Part shown: in pieces, positions 27,936 to 37,626 of the stretch
Layout of the letters: every line of letters starts with the position of its first letter
Numbering within the stretch: the stretch's first letter is position 1
Sequence record: OR770614.1
DNA: 64,000 nt
Reading direction: 5' to 3' (one strand)
Made by a program: the position numbers and the translations under genes
Notes under the pieces: model-generated
Told to the model about the DNA's origin: nothing
Database searches by the model: none
The model's input: only the letters and a program-made list of their open reading frames with translations

Positions 27936-30900
27936 CTATTCACTAGCTTTAATATCTACATTTTTTGATTTAGGATTATTTAATAAATAAACAGCTATTT
28001 GTGAGTCTTTATTAAGTGAGTAAGTTCTATTAAACAATCCATCATTATATGAAATTAATTGGTTTACTGGATCTTGTACTTTTAATTGTTCGTATTGTTC
28101 TTCTGAAAATAGTGCTATGATATTTAAAGTATCCATTTATCTTAACCTACATTTAATATATAGGATGAGACTATATCTTATGGTTTCCCATTTATATATT
28201 TAGTCGTTGAACCTTATAATTAGGATGCTGATTAGTTTCAAACTGTCCCAGCAATTAATATGATTTATTGAAGGCAATAAATCAATAAATTTTATAATTC
28301 ATTAAAATATTTCCGCTATTCCAAATTCGATAAACACCCGATTGTTTTTTAGGAAAATCTGAGTATTCCATGTTTTCATTAATGTAATTTGGAAAGTATT
28401 CTGGTATAATAGATTTTTCAAATTCATGAACTGAATAAATATTTCTTTTAAAAATTATTTTACATGTAGATTTTAATTCTTTAACATAATTAAAACCAAA
28501 ATCTTTGAAATATTTACCATCAGAATAATCTTTATTTATTATTAAATCTATTGTTTTTATATTGTTTCTTTTGAAATATTTAATTGAATTACTTAATAAT
28601 TTAAATAAACCACCATTTACAATTGTTTTATTACTAAAAGCAAATTTTTCTAATTTAACTTTATTCTTATTTATATAATTATATGACATAATTGCAATTA
28701 TTTCATCATTAATTTTTAATGAAAAATTAATATCATGAGAGGAATTTATATAGGTACTATTATTTTTATAGAAGTTTTTAGCGTCATAATCGTTAATTAT
28801 TTCAAAATTACATTCTCTAGCATTTATTTTCTTTTCTTGAAAATAATCTATAGAATACAATATCCTATTAATTATTAAATCTTTTTTAAACTCGTAATCT
28901 AATGAGTTAATAAAATATATTTCAATATCAAAATTATTTTTAAAAAAATCTTTCTTATGTTTATGATATTCTTTATTTTTCATTTTATCTGAATGATAAT
29001 AGTATCCATTAAATTCAAATCCTATTTTTTTATCTGGAAAGAATAGATCTACTTCATATATTTGATCATTAAAAGAGAATCTTTTGTTATTTAAAATAAT
29101 TCCTTTATATGATTCTTTTATATATTTTATTAATTCAATTTCTTGATTAGATTTAATATTTTTACAAAGAGGACATCTATATCCTTGTTGAAAGTCATTA
29201 ACTCTTACACTATAAATATTACCACATTTTTTATGTTTTATTGGATATTTTTCTTTATTATTGAATTTATAATTTAAATCCAACCATTCATATTCATTAC
29301 CATCTTTAGATTCAGATAATATTTTTATTAAATAATTTTCATCATCTTTATAATAATATTTACCTCTTTTTTTATTTGAACAAAAAGGACATCTTCTTTT
29401 CTTATTTCCCAAAAATAAGCGTGGTTCTACTTTATATTCATTTCCGCATATTTCATGTCTTAATAAAACTTTATCGCTACCATTTTTATTAAAACCTTCT
29501 ATATAAGTATAATCTTTATTTTCTTTTTTAATTTCTTCAAAAAAGTCTTTATCCGATATATTTTTATAATTTCTAGCTTTTTTATTCCCTTCATTTTTAA
29601 AACATTTCGGACATCTTCCTTTTCCTTCATTTAAGAAAATATTACCTTTAGATACTCTATATTCTTCACCACAAATTTTATGTTTTAAAATAAAAGGCTT
29701 TGAAGTTCCCTCATAATTGCTTATTAATTCATAATTATTATTATCTATATTTTTTATTTTGTTTATTACATCTTCTTCTGTTAATTTAGGTGGCATAAAC
29801 TCATCCTTTCAATTAATTATTAAGGAGGTTTATTTAAATTTATTTTTTATTGATAATTTTTACCATCATAGTCTGCACCCATACCAGCAAGTATATTATT
29901 ACTGATACCTACTACTGATGATTCTATATCTTGAATTATATCTTTAATTTTTAATATTTGAACTGAGCTTTCACTAATACTGGGATTTCTATTTAAAATA
30001 ACTCTCATTCCATTTTCAGTTTTATCAACTAGTTCTCTCATATATTTATATACTTTAGGATTAAATGTATCTAATGCTCTGTCTAATATTTCTTCACCTT
30101 TAGCTAAAGGAATATTTTCTGTTACATACATTAAATTTGCTAAGATAGGTTTATATACTTCTAAGAAGATGGTATAATTTAATCTAATTTCATTTAATTT
30201 AAGGTCAGGTGCTGGAACAATTACTGAACGTGCAGAGAAACCAACACGACTACCCATTAGTAATTTACGAATAGTTCCACCTTTACCTTTAATATTCTCA
30301 TTAATTACACGATCACTAATATTAATACTATCATCTTGAATTTTACTTAATAGATTTAATTTTTGTAACTCTACTGAATCATCTGTATAATGTCTATCAA
30401 GTTCTTTAATACTATTACTATGAGCAATTAATAAATTATAATCTTTATTAATTTCAGAATGTCTAAAAGTTTTAGTAGCTTTATTAACTGTAGCAGGTCT
30501 TAATTTAGGACTAAATACAGTTACATAATTTTGGAATAGTAAATCAGATAAATACCATTGTACTACTCTATTGTAATCTTTAGTTTTACGTTTTTCACGT
30601 TTAACTTCTTCTTTAAGAATTTTTAAGAAATTCTTTCTAAATTCAATTAAACCAATATAAGAGTTATGATCATCTTCAGGTTCAATTACATTACCATTTT
30701 CATCAATAGGTTTTTCAGAACTAATAATTTCTTGGAATCTTTTATTACCAATTAATTTTTTAACACGTTCATAACCTAACGGATTTAAAATATAATTATT
30801 ACCTAAATCTACAATAGCTTCATTAGTAATATTATCTGCTTCTGAATCAGGACCGAAGATTTTCTCACTGAAGATACCATCTTCAGTGAAATCACCTTTC

Positions 30901-30974
30901 TTATCAATTGATTCATGATTAGTTACAACTGGAACATTTTCTAAATCCTTTTTCTTGAGTAAAAATCTAACCAT
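27936..30974 (-). CDS. Multisubunit RNA polymerase beta-prime-like subunit (catalytic N-terminal part), spliced: exon 1 30974-29862, exon 2 28133-27936; 436 aa
   Basis: GIFSEKIFG, KGKGGTIRKLLMGSRVGFSARSVI and ILNRNPSI motifs; splicing restores ADYDGDTLN (catalytic DxDGD). Confidence 0.92.
28134..29861 (-). mobile_element. Group I intron (1728 nt) with an endonuclease ORF, inserted in the DYDG/D catalytic motif
   Basis: 5' exon ends in U, intron ends in G; core AATTGCTGGGA / AATCAGCATC / GTTCAACGACTAAA / AAGATATAGTCT at 28158-28262. Confidence 0.9.
28282..29796 (-). CDS. Intron-encoded homing endonuclease, EDxHD/Vsr-like (Hef-like), with three Zn-finger repeats
   Basis: Three HKxCG...CPxC repeats; YEVDLFFPDKKIGFEFNGYYYHSD nuclease motif; INARECNFEII-type C-terminal domain. 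Confidence 0.8.
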   Translation of the reverse strand: MPPKLTEEDVINKIKNIDNNNYELISNYEGTSKPFILKHKICGEEYRVSKGNIFLNEGKGRCPKCFKNEGNKKARNYKNISDKDFFEEIKKENKDYTYIEGFNKNGSDKVLLRHEICGNEYKVEPRLFLGNKKRRCPFCSNKKRGKYYYKDDENYLIKILSESKDGNEYEWLDLNYKFNNKEKYPIKHKKCGNIYSVRVNDFQQGYRCPLCKNIKSNQEIELIKYIKESYKGIILNNKRFSFNDQIYEVDLFFPDKKIGFEFNGYYYHSDKMKNKEYHKHKKDFFKNNFDIEIYFINSLDYEFKKDLIINRILYSIDYFQEKKINARECNFEIINDYDAKNFYKNNSTYINSSHDINFSLKINDEIIAIMSYNYINKNKVKLEKFAFSNKTIVNGGLFKLLSNSIKYFKRNNIKTIDLIINKDYSDGKYFKDFGFNYVKELKSTCKIIFKRNIYSVHEFEKSIIPEYFPNYINENMEYSDFPKKQSGVYRIWNSGNILMNYKIY

Positions 30975-30977
30975 AAC

Positions 30978-32600
30978 TTAATCTTCTCCTTCTTCTACAA
31001 TTTCTTTAATGTCCATAATAACTTCCTGATCATCATTTTCTTTCTCTAATTTATCAATATTTTCAATATCTTCAATTTCTTTGATATTAGGTTTATTTTC
31101 AAAATAGAATGAACCATTCTCACCAGGATCTTTAACTTCACAGAATGGAGTTAACGTACGAGTAATACCTGGATTATTTGATGAAGTAGCAATCAAATCA
31201 ATTCTACCGAAATAAGTGTTATTGATATTGATTGTTCTAATAGATGGTTTACTAGTGTCTACAGCTGATTGTGGACCTGCTTTAGTCATTTTAAGAATTC
31301 TAGTAAATAAATCAATTGTATTAACTGCATTAGAATAACGTATACCATCAGAAGTTCCAATAGTTTTCAATAGATAATCTCTAGGTACTCCTGAGAATAA
31401 ACCTTTAAGGTTTTTAATAGTACGTTTTTTATCTGAGAAGTTAATCATACGGTAAGATGTATCAGAATTTTTTCTATTCAGTGGATAAGTTAAGTATTCT
31501 AATACTCTTAATCGTTTATTAGCTAAATCTGTATTATCTAATAAGTTAAGATTATCAAAGTTCTTAAACATGTATTTAACCACATGATAAGTTGATTCTT
31601 TATCTTCTTTTTCTAATCGTGATATAGCTTGAGTACGACTATCTAATATACGATCAAATGAAAGTATCATTGAATTCGCTTTATCTATTTTAGTGTCAAT
31701 ATTAGTTGAACCACTGAAGATAGAACCTAAAGCCTTTAACCAGAATTCTCTATCGTATATTTTATCTAATCCAGCTCTCATTCCTTTGAATAAATCTTTA
31801 ATACAAAGGATCATAGAATTTCTATAACGATCATCAACATCTAACCATTCTTTTTCAACTTTTAAAGAAAGTTTATTATTAATTTTAAAGTAATAGTAAT
31901 TATCTTCTTTATCATCATTAATATCTATTACTTCACAATGGTCTTTAATTTCTAAAAATTCAAATGTTTCGTCAAATCCCATTTTTGCAACAAAGAACAT
32001 AAATGCTGGAACACTCTTATTTTTATTGAACACTTCTAGATATAGAGTTCTCCCTCTTTGGAAATTAGACATCTTATTATCGTCATCCATAATAGTGTCT
32101 TTTTTAGAACCATTGACTGATAGTGGTTGCAATAAGTTTTTCATTACTACAGTACTAGCTTTTGGTTTATAAAATTCAGCATCAGCTAATTGTAGAATTG
32201 GGAAAAATTTGTTATTATTGATATAGTAGTATTGACCTTCAATAAGTTCAGGGAAATCTAATTTGTGTGTATATTCTTCTTTATTACCTTCTGAATCTTC
32301 AAATTCTACTGTAATTTGAACTTCCAGTAATTTAGATTCTTCAACATTGATTTTTCTATAATCTTTAGATTTAAGTTGTTTATCTGTCATTTGATTATAT
32401 TCATAAACCTGACTTGGTGAAACAACTTTACAATCTAAGAATTTAATTCCTTTAATAAATTCTACTGATCGATAAATATCTGAAATGATTTTTTCTAAAC
32501 TTTCATTTTGTCTGAAATAAATTACGTCTTCGTTAAATGGTTCTTTTTTGCTAATGTCTTCGTTGATGTTCTTTGTAACTTTACTTAAGTATTTACTCAA
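30978..32600 (-). CDS. Multisubunit RNA polymerase beta-like subunit, N-terminal part
   Basis: GQYYYINNNKFFPILQL, DLANKRLR and TYFGRIDLIATSSNNPGITRTL correspond to conserved RpoB regions; TTG start after GGGAGAG. Confidence 0.85.
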   Translation of the reverse strand: MSKYLSKVTKNINEDISKKEPFNEDVIYFRQNESLEKIISDIYRSVEFIKGIKFLDCKVVSPSQVYEYNQMTDKQLKSKDYRKINVEESKLLEVQITVEFEDSEGNKEEYTHKLDFPELIEGQYYYINNNKFFPILQLADAEFYKPKASTVVMKNLLQPLSVNGSKKDTIMDDDNKMSNFQRGRTLYLEVFNKNKSVPAFMFFVAKMGFDETFEFLEIKDHCEVIDINDDKEDNYYYFKINNKLSLKVEKEWLDVDDRYRNSMILCIKDLFKGMRAGLDKIYDREFWLKALGSIFSGSTNIDTKIDKANSMILSFDRILDSRTQAISRLEKEDKESTYHVVKYMFKNFDNLNLLDNTDLANKRLRVLEYLTYPLNRKNSDTSYRMINFSDKKRTIKNLKGLFSGVPRDYLLKTIGTSDGIRYSNAVNTIDLFTRILKMTKAGPQSAVDTSKPSIRTININNTYFGRIDLIATSSNNPGITRTLTPFCEVKDPGENGSFYFENKPNIKEIEDIENIDKLEKENDDQEVIMDIKEIVEEGED

Positions 32601-32689
32601 TTATCCGACACTCTCCCTCTTGGTAATAAAAAACTTTATAAGTTATGAGTTATTTCTGTTTTTTATTTTTTTATAAAATGAAAACTCAT

Positions 32690-32701
32690 AACAATATTAT
32701 A
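32690..32701 (+). promoter_or_regulatory. Candidate late promoter AACA-N6-TA for the HU-like gene
   Basis: AACA ATATTA TA in the divergent intergenic region. Confidence 0.4.
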
Positions 32702-32762
32702 TCATAAAACTTAGAAAAAAGCTAGGAAAATAATTAAATTTTTCTAAATTTTTTAAAAATAA

Positions 32763-33095
32763 ATGAAAGAAAGGAAACTAAAAATGAATAGACAAATTCA
32801 AGATCAAAAACATTTCTTCCGTGAATGGTCTAAACGAACTGGTTTATCTCAAAGAGAATTAGTAGATGCTTATTCAGAAATGATTGATATTTTAGTTGAA
32901 TCAGCTAATGATTCAGATCAAACTAAAACTATTATTCCTGAAATCGGTGTTTTAGAAGTTAAACCTGAAGATATGCGTAAACGTAGAAATCCAAGAACTA
33001 ATCAAATTGTAGTTACTGAACCTACACGTAAAGCACACATTCGTTTATACCCTAGACTTAAAAATAGATTTAAACCGGATGAATTAGAGAAATAA
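32763..33095 (+). CDS. HU/IHF-family DNA-binding protein
   Basis: IIPEIGVLEVK...RKRRNPRTNQIV arm motif; start may be MNRQ at 32784. Confidence 0.8.
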   Translation: MKERKLKMNRQIQDQKHFFREWSKRTGLSQRELVDAYSEMIDILVESANDSDQTKTIIPEIGVLEVKPEDMRKRRNPRTNQIVVTEPTRKAHIRLYPRLKNRFKPDELEK

Positions 33096-33108
33096 AAATA
33101 ATTTAAAA

Positions 33109-33145
33109 GCCATAATATACTTATTTGTATATTATGGCAATTTTA
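33109..33145. terminator. Terminator between the HU-like gene and the convergent gene
   Basis: GCCATAATATAC-TTATTT-GTATATTATGGC followed by AATTTTT. Confidence 0.75.
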
Positions 33146-33424
33146 TTATTCATTCTCATTAATGTCTTCTTTAGTTTCTTTTCTTTTAATAGTTAAATTA
33201 AGTACTTTTCTGAAGAATTTAATTTTAAGATTTAATAAGAAATTATTATCTGATTTAATCTTAACATCAAACTTCTGTTCTTTATCTTCTTCAGTTTCAG
33301 GTAAAGTAACAAATTCAAAGTCTACTCTTTCTAAGTCTTTTCTAGATAATAATTCTTTCTTTTGTTTTTCATTAAGTTTTAACCCTAATCTTTTTTCTAA
33401 TTTCTTTTGTTTTCTTTTATTCAT
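33146..33424 (-). CDS. Basic hypothetical protein
   Basis: 92 aa ORF with GGAG RBS. Confidence 0.55.
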   Translation of the reverse strand: MNKRKQKKLEKRLGLKLNEKQKKELLSRKDLERVDFEFVTLPETEEDKEQKFDVKIKSDNNFLLNLKIKFFRKVLNLTIKRKETKEDINENE

Positions 33425-33454
33425 ATTTAATAAGTCATCTCCATATTATAATTA

Positions 33455-33838
33455 TTAATCTTTATAGTCTGGTTTAGCTGGAATCCACATTTTAGGATTG
33501 TAATTAATTTCATACTGATATTTGCTAACATTCTTAGTTGTTACATCTTCGACAGTATATGAAACATTATCAGATAAACCAATGATGTGTTTTTGGTATT
33601 TACCATCTTCATTTTCTACAACTATTTCTAACTGGTTATCTTCTTTATCCGCTTTAATAGACATGCGTCCAGACATCTGAAAAATAATATCGTTCTTAAT
33701 AGCATTTATGACAGTTACTTTTCTAACCACATTAAAATTATCTGACTCTTCAGACATATTTTGACTAACCTTATCTGCTTGAGAGCACCCTGCTAATAAT
33801 AAAACTAATAATAATGGTAATACTAAAAATTTCTTCAT
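33455..33838 (-). CDS. Phage lipoprotein
   Basis: LLAGC lipobox; ADKVSQNMSEESDNFNVVRKVTVIN pattern seen in Firmicutes phage lipoproteins. Confidence 0.75.
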   Translation of the reverse strand: MKKFLVLPLLLVLLLAGCSQADKVSQNMSEESDNFNVVRKVTVINAIKNDIIFQMSGRMSIKADKEDNQLEIVVENEDGKYQKHIIGLSDNVSYTVEDVTTKNVSKYQYEINYNPKMWIPAKPDYKD

Positions 33839-33871
33839 GATTGTTTTCTCCTTTGATTGGTTTTAATATAT

Positions 33872-33924
33872 TAGAGGTAATGATAAATAATATATCATTA
33901 CCTCATTTTTATAATATATATTTA
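33872..33924 (-). promoter_or_regulatory. Early promoter plus GAGGTAATGA-family 5' hairpin
   Basis: TAAATATATATTATAA-AAA-TGAGGTAATGATA-TATTATT-TATCATTACCTCT on the - strand. Confidence 0.7.
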
Positions 33925-34143
33925 AATAATATCTTCTTCGTAACTAGGAATAATTAATTCTTGTTCTAATAAATTATCTAACTTACTTTTTTCTAATATA
34001 AATCCATTACCATCTTTATCTGAATATAAAAGTAATTCAGATTCACCATCAATAAAGTTTTTTAAACCTCTACGGTGTAAAAAGAATTTTCTTTCGTTTC
34101 TCTTATATTCAAATGAGAATGGTACTTTTCCTTCTTCCATCAT
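33922..34143 (-). CDS. Hypothetical protein
   Basis: 73 aa ORF. Confidence 0.55.
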   Translation of the reverse strand: MMEEGKVPFSFEYKRNERKFFLHRRGLKNFIDGESELLLYSDKDGNGFILEKSKLDNLLEQELIIPSYEEDII

Positions 34144-34433
34144 ACTACAACATCTCCATCTTTAGTTTCAATATTCTTTGAATTTAATTCAATACTAAAA
34201 TTCTTAATATGATTCAAGTGATTTAATTTTAATTTATTTTTAAAACTTTCCTTATCAATACTTTCGATATTATAAGTATTCAATATCATTTGCATTGTAG
34301 TAAAGTTTTCTGAATCATATATTTCTAATAACGTAATCTCTAATTTATTAATAGCTTCTTCAAATGTATCAAATGTAAATGATTCAATTATTTTTCTATT
34401 AAATTTTAATTTAAATCCATATACTCTTTTCAT
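34140..34433 (-). CDS. Hypothetical protein
   Basis: 97 aa ORF with GGAGGAG RBS. Confidence 0.6.
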   Translation of the reverse strand: MKRVYGFKLKFNRKIIESFTFDTFEEAINKLEITLLEIYDSENFTTMQMILNTYNIESIDKESFKNKLKLNHLNHIKNFSIELNSKNIETKDGDVVV

Positions 34434-34454
34434 TTAAATTCTCCTCCTTTCTAT

Positions 34455-35105
34455 TTAACTAAATAAAGAATTTACAAATATAGATCTATATTCTTTAATC
34501 GTAATCTCTTTATTATAATTGAAGAATACATTTTTAGACTGCTTTAAAGTTAAAAAGAATTCAGCTAATGTTAATGCTTTAAGATATTGCTTTTCATTGT
34601 CTCTATTTTGTTTAAATAAATTAATGAATATATCTTCAATTCCTATTTCTTTAAAATTATCTGTATATAATTCTTCTTTAATATCCTTCTCTACATATGG
34701 TACTTTAGTTATTGTAAAATATGCATTATTAGTTTTAACTAAGTTATTTGAATCTAATAAATCATCTATTTCCGGTTCAGTAAGACTATTAATTTCTTTA
34801 AAATCTCTGAAATTACTTACTTTTTTAATATTCTCTTTTATTAAATTTAATGTCTGATGATTTACTATTTTACTATAGAAATTCATAGTAGTTCTTTCAT
34901 TTGAGAATATATTTTCTTCCAATATTAAAGAATAACTAGCATTATTAATCATTAAAGCATTACTATTTTCTGTAATATCCAATTGCTTTTCAATTTGTTC
35001 CATTATATCTTTATCGTAATCTATAAGTAGAACAATTGTATTTAAATTCTTTTTATACGTATTCCTAGACTTTCTTTGAAAATTAATTAAGTACATTATA
35101 ACCAA
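34455..35105 (-). CDS. Hypothetical protein, C-terminal-tag family (divergent copy)
   Basis: Ends EITIKEYRSIFVNSLFS*. Confidence 0.65.
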   Translation of the reverse strand: MVIMYLINFQRKSRNTYKKNLNTIVLLIDYDKDIMEQIEKQLDITENSNALMINNASYSLILEENIFSNERTTMNFYSKIVNHQTLNLIKENIKKVSNFRDFKEINSLTEPEIDDLLDSNNLVKTNNAYFTITKVPYVEKDIKEELYTDNFKEIGIEDIFINLFKQNRDNEKQYLKALTLAEFFLTLKQSKNVFFNYNKEITIKEYRSIFVNSLFS

Positions 35106-35169
35106 ACTATATCACCACACTTATATATTAATGAATTTATAATAATTACACGTTAGTTTCATTTATTAA

Positions 35170-35598
35170 TTATTTAAATGAATTCGTTACGATTAAATTA
35201 TTAAATTGCTTTTCAGTTAATATATCTTTCAAGTATCGATGAAAAGTTTCTTTAAAATCATATACTATATACTTATCATTTTCTTTTACTAATGCACATA
35301 TATGACTATAATCATTTTCTTTTAATAACATTTTATTTAAAGTAGCATAATCAATTTTTCCATCATCAAAATATATTATTGACTTAAAAGATGGTTTAAT
35401 TATTGTTTCATAAAAACTATCAAATGATTCCATATATAAATCTTTATCATCTTTAAAACTAGTACTACTAAAAAATACTTGTCTCATTACAGGATAAATA
35501 AACGACCTCAATACTTTATATTTTTTTATTTGAATTGATAAATCGTTATAATTGAAATATTCAGCATTTGGATTATTATCTCTCATTATCTTTTTCAC
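35170..35598 (-). CDS. Hypothetical protein, C-terminal-tag family
   Basis: Ends LTEKQFNNLIVTNSFK*. Confidence 0.7.
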   Translation of the reverse strand: MKKIMRDNNPNAEYFNYNDLSIQIKKYKVLRSFIYPVMRQVFFSSTSFKDDKDLYMESFDSFYETIIKPSFKSIIYFDDGKIDYATLNKMLLKENDYSHICALVKENDKYIVYDFKETFHRYLKDILTEKQFNNLIVTNSFK

Positions 35599-35681
35599 CT
35601 CTCTTTAAATAAATATTTTAGAAAGATGTATAAATATCATACATCTCTCACAATTTTATAATATATATTTAAATTGAGTTT

Positions 35682-36131
35682 TTACTTAAATGAATCTTTT
35701 ACCATAATATTTTTATACTGTTTCTCTGTTATTTCATCAAAGTGTTCCATATACAAATTATGATTTAAAAAATTAATATTAAATCTTGGCATAGTCATTA
35801 CTGTATTTACTTCATTATTAATAATTAAATCTACATGAATTAAAGATTTAGCATCTTCATATTTTCTATTAACAAATACTATTGGATTATTCTCTATTTC
35901 ATGATTAACTTTTTCAGTTAGACTTTCAAATCCAAGTTTAGGGTAAATATCTTTGTTTTTCATTTTATTAATTTCATCTAATGTAAAACAAAAATCTGCA
36001 CCATTGCAATATTTGACAATGAAGTTTTTATTTTTTATGTCTTTTTTAATAAGTGGGGTTTTAAGTCCAGGCATAACATCTAAACCTAAAAATTTAATAT
36101 AACCATCTTTATTTAATCTATAATATTTCAT
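35682..36131 (-). CDS. MKYY.../C-terminal-tag family protein
   Basis: MKYYRL...EITEKQYKNIMVKDSFK*. Confidence 0.75.
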   Translation of the reverse strand: MKYYRLNKDGYIKFLGLDVMPGLKTPLIKKDIKNKNFIVKYCNGADFCFTLDEINKMKNKDIYPKLGFESLTEKVNHEIENNPIVFVNRKYEDAKSLIHVDLIINNEVNTVMTMPRFNINFLNHNLYMEHFDEITEKQYKNIMVKDSFK

Positions 36132-36145
36132 ATTATAAAACCTCT

Positions 36146-36616
36146 TTATTTAAAAATTTCTTTAATTTTATTAGCTTTATATTCCTTTTCAGTTATTTTT
36201 ATATAATCTTCATTAATTATTAATTCCATTTTATTAATACCTTCTAAATTGAATGTAAATTTATCGTTATATCCATGATTTCTTATATTATCATATATTT
36301 CATTCAAAGTTTCTTCACCGGTTAAATGCATGCTATTTTCCCATATTGCATAACTTTTAAGATCAATCCAGTAATTCACGTACGTGTTTTCTTCTTCATC
36401 TCTTAAAAAATTAGTTTCTATTTTTATAGGAAAATCTTTAATTAAATCAATTAATATAATTTCTTCATCTTCTTTTACATATAAAGATTCTAATAATTCA
36501 ATATCTTTACCGTCTTTCTTAAGATACCAATTTCTTTCCATTAATTGAGAATATACATCAGGATCAATAAATAAAATTTTAGATATTCCACTTTGGGTCA
36601 TTTTATAATATTTCAT
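36146..36616 (-). CDS. MKYY.../C-terminal-tag family protein
   Basis: MKYYKM...KITEKEYKANKIKEIFK*. Confidence 0.75.
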   Translation of the reverse strand: MKYYKMTQSGISKILFIDPDVYSQLMERNWYLKKDGKDIELLESLYVKEDEEIILIDLIKDFPIKIETNFLRDEEENTYVNYWIDLKSYAIWENSMHLTGEETLNEIYDNIRNHGYNDKFTFNLEGINKMELIINEDYIKITEKEYKANKIKEIFK

Positions 36617-36634
36617 TTTATATCTACTCCTTTT

Positions 36635-37087
36635 TTATTTAAAAGTTTCTTTGACCTTTAGATCTTTATACTCTTTTTCGGATACTTCTTCATAGTCAAT
36701 CCCTTCTGAGAGACTATATACACCTTCCTTTAATTTTTCAATTGAAAATTTTGTTTTAGATATTTTTTTATTTATTTTGTTATATATTTTTAATAAAGAA
36801 CTATTTTCATTCATTTTCATATTACTAACTTTACATATATGAAATTCTTCTTCTCCAATAAATACATACATATAACCATCTACATACATTTTTTCCTTTG
36901 GTCCTTTTCGAACACTATATTCTATACTTGGTGTTTTGTTTTCAATAATTTCTGATATACTAATTTCTTCATCTTCTCTTAAATAAAGATCTTCTTTTCT
37001 GAATAAATTATTGTAACAGTATACCATTTCACTATTAATACCTAAAATTTCAGACATTCCATATTGATTTATTTTATAATATTTCAT
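36635..37087 (-). CDS. MKYY.../C-terminal-tag family protein
   Basis: MKYYKI...EVSEKEYKDLKVKETFK*. Confidence 0.75.
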   Translation of the reverse strand: MKYYKINQYGMSEILGINSEMVYCYNNLFRKEDLYLREDEEISISEIIENKTPSIEYSVRKGPKEKMYVDGYMYVFIGEEEFHICKVSNMKMNENSSLLKIYNKINKKISKTKFSIEKLKEGVYSLSEGIDYEEVSEKEYKDLKVKETFK

Positions 37088-37103
37088 AATTTATTTCTCC
37101 TTT

Positions 37104-37535
37104 TTATTTAAAACTTTCTTTGATTTTATTATCTTTATATTCTTTTTCAGTAATTTCTACATATTGGATATTCTCTTTTAAATCATAAATTTCTTTATCT
37201 CTGCTAAAAATAAAATCTTTATTAAAAACTAAATCTTCTGCATGTTTATGAACTTCTTCAAGTGTATGATGTTTAAAATTATCTAAAATAATCTCTACAC
37301 TATTCGTTAAATATCCGCCTTTCATTTCTAAGTGAGCATCCATAGTTAAAGGTCTATTTGAATTTGTAAAGACGTTGAAATTAAGCTTTAAATTATCTTG
37401 ATCTTTAATCAAGTAACGTGTTTTAATGACTTCATTTTCTTCAAAACAAAAATTTTGTTTAAGATTATCATAACCACCACCATAAGTTTCTAAAATTTGA
37501 ACTACACCATCATTTATTAATTTATAATATTTCAT
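37104..37535 (-). CDS. MKYY.../C-terminal-tag family protein
   Basis: Start MKYYKL at 37535 after AAGGAG; ends EITEKEYKDNKIKESFK*; the in-frame upstream ATG at 37610 precedes a hairpin. Confidence 0.75.
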   Translation of the reverse strand: MKYYKLINDGVVQILETYGGGYDNLKQNFCFEENEVIKTRYLIKDQDNLKLNFNVFTNSNRPLTMDAHLEMKGGYLTNSVEIILDNFKHHTLEEVHKHAEDLVFNKDFIFSRDKEIYDLKENIQYVEITEKEYKDNKIKESFK

Positions 37536-37565
37536 TTTATAATATATCTCCTTTTTATTTATATA

Positions 37566-37604
37566 ATAAAATATCCCAATACCTATTAATTTAGGTATTG
37601 GGAT
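37566..37604 (-). terminator. Terminator-like hairpin inside the paralog array
   Basis: ATCCCAATACCTA-AATTAA-TAGGTATTGGGAT followed by ATTTTATT on the - strand. Confidence 0.65.
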
Positions 37605-37626
37605 TATCATAATTTATTTCTCCTCT

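Noticed and set aside
27872-27943. N-terminal extension of the basic micro-protein overlapping the RNAP beta-prime exon 2
   Set aside because: The RBS lies just before the ATG at 27871; the extension has none
29847-29861. KNYQ-stop as the true end of the beta-prime subunit, and 27936-28136 or 47827-48513 as independent genes starting at their ATG
   Set aside because: These residues and start codons come from intron sequence
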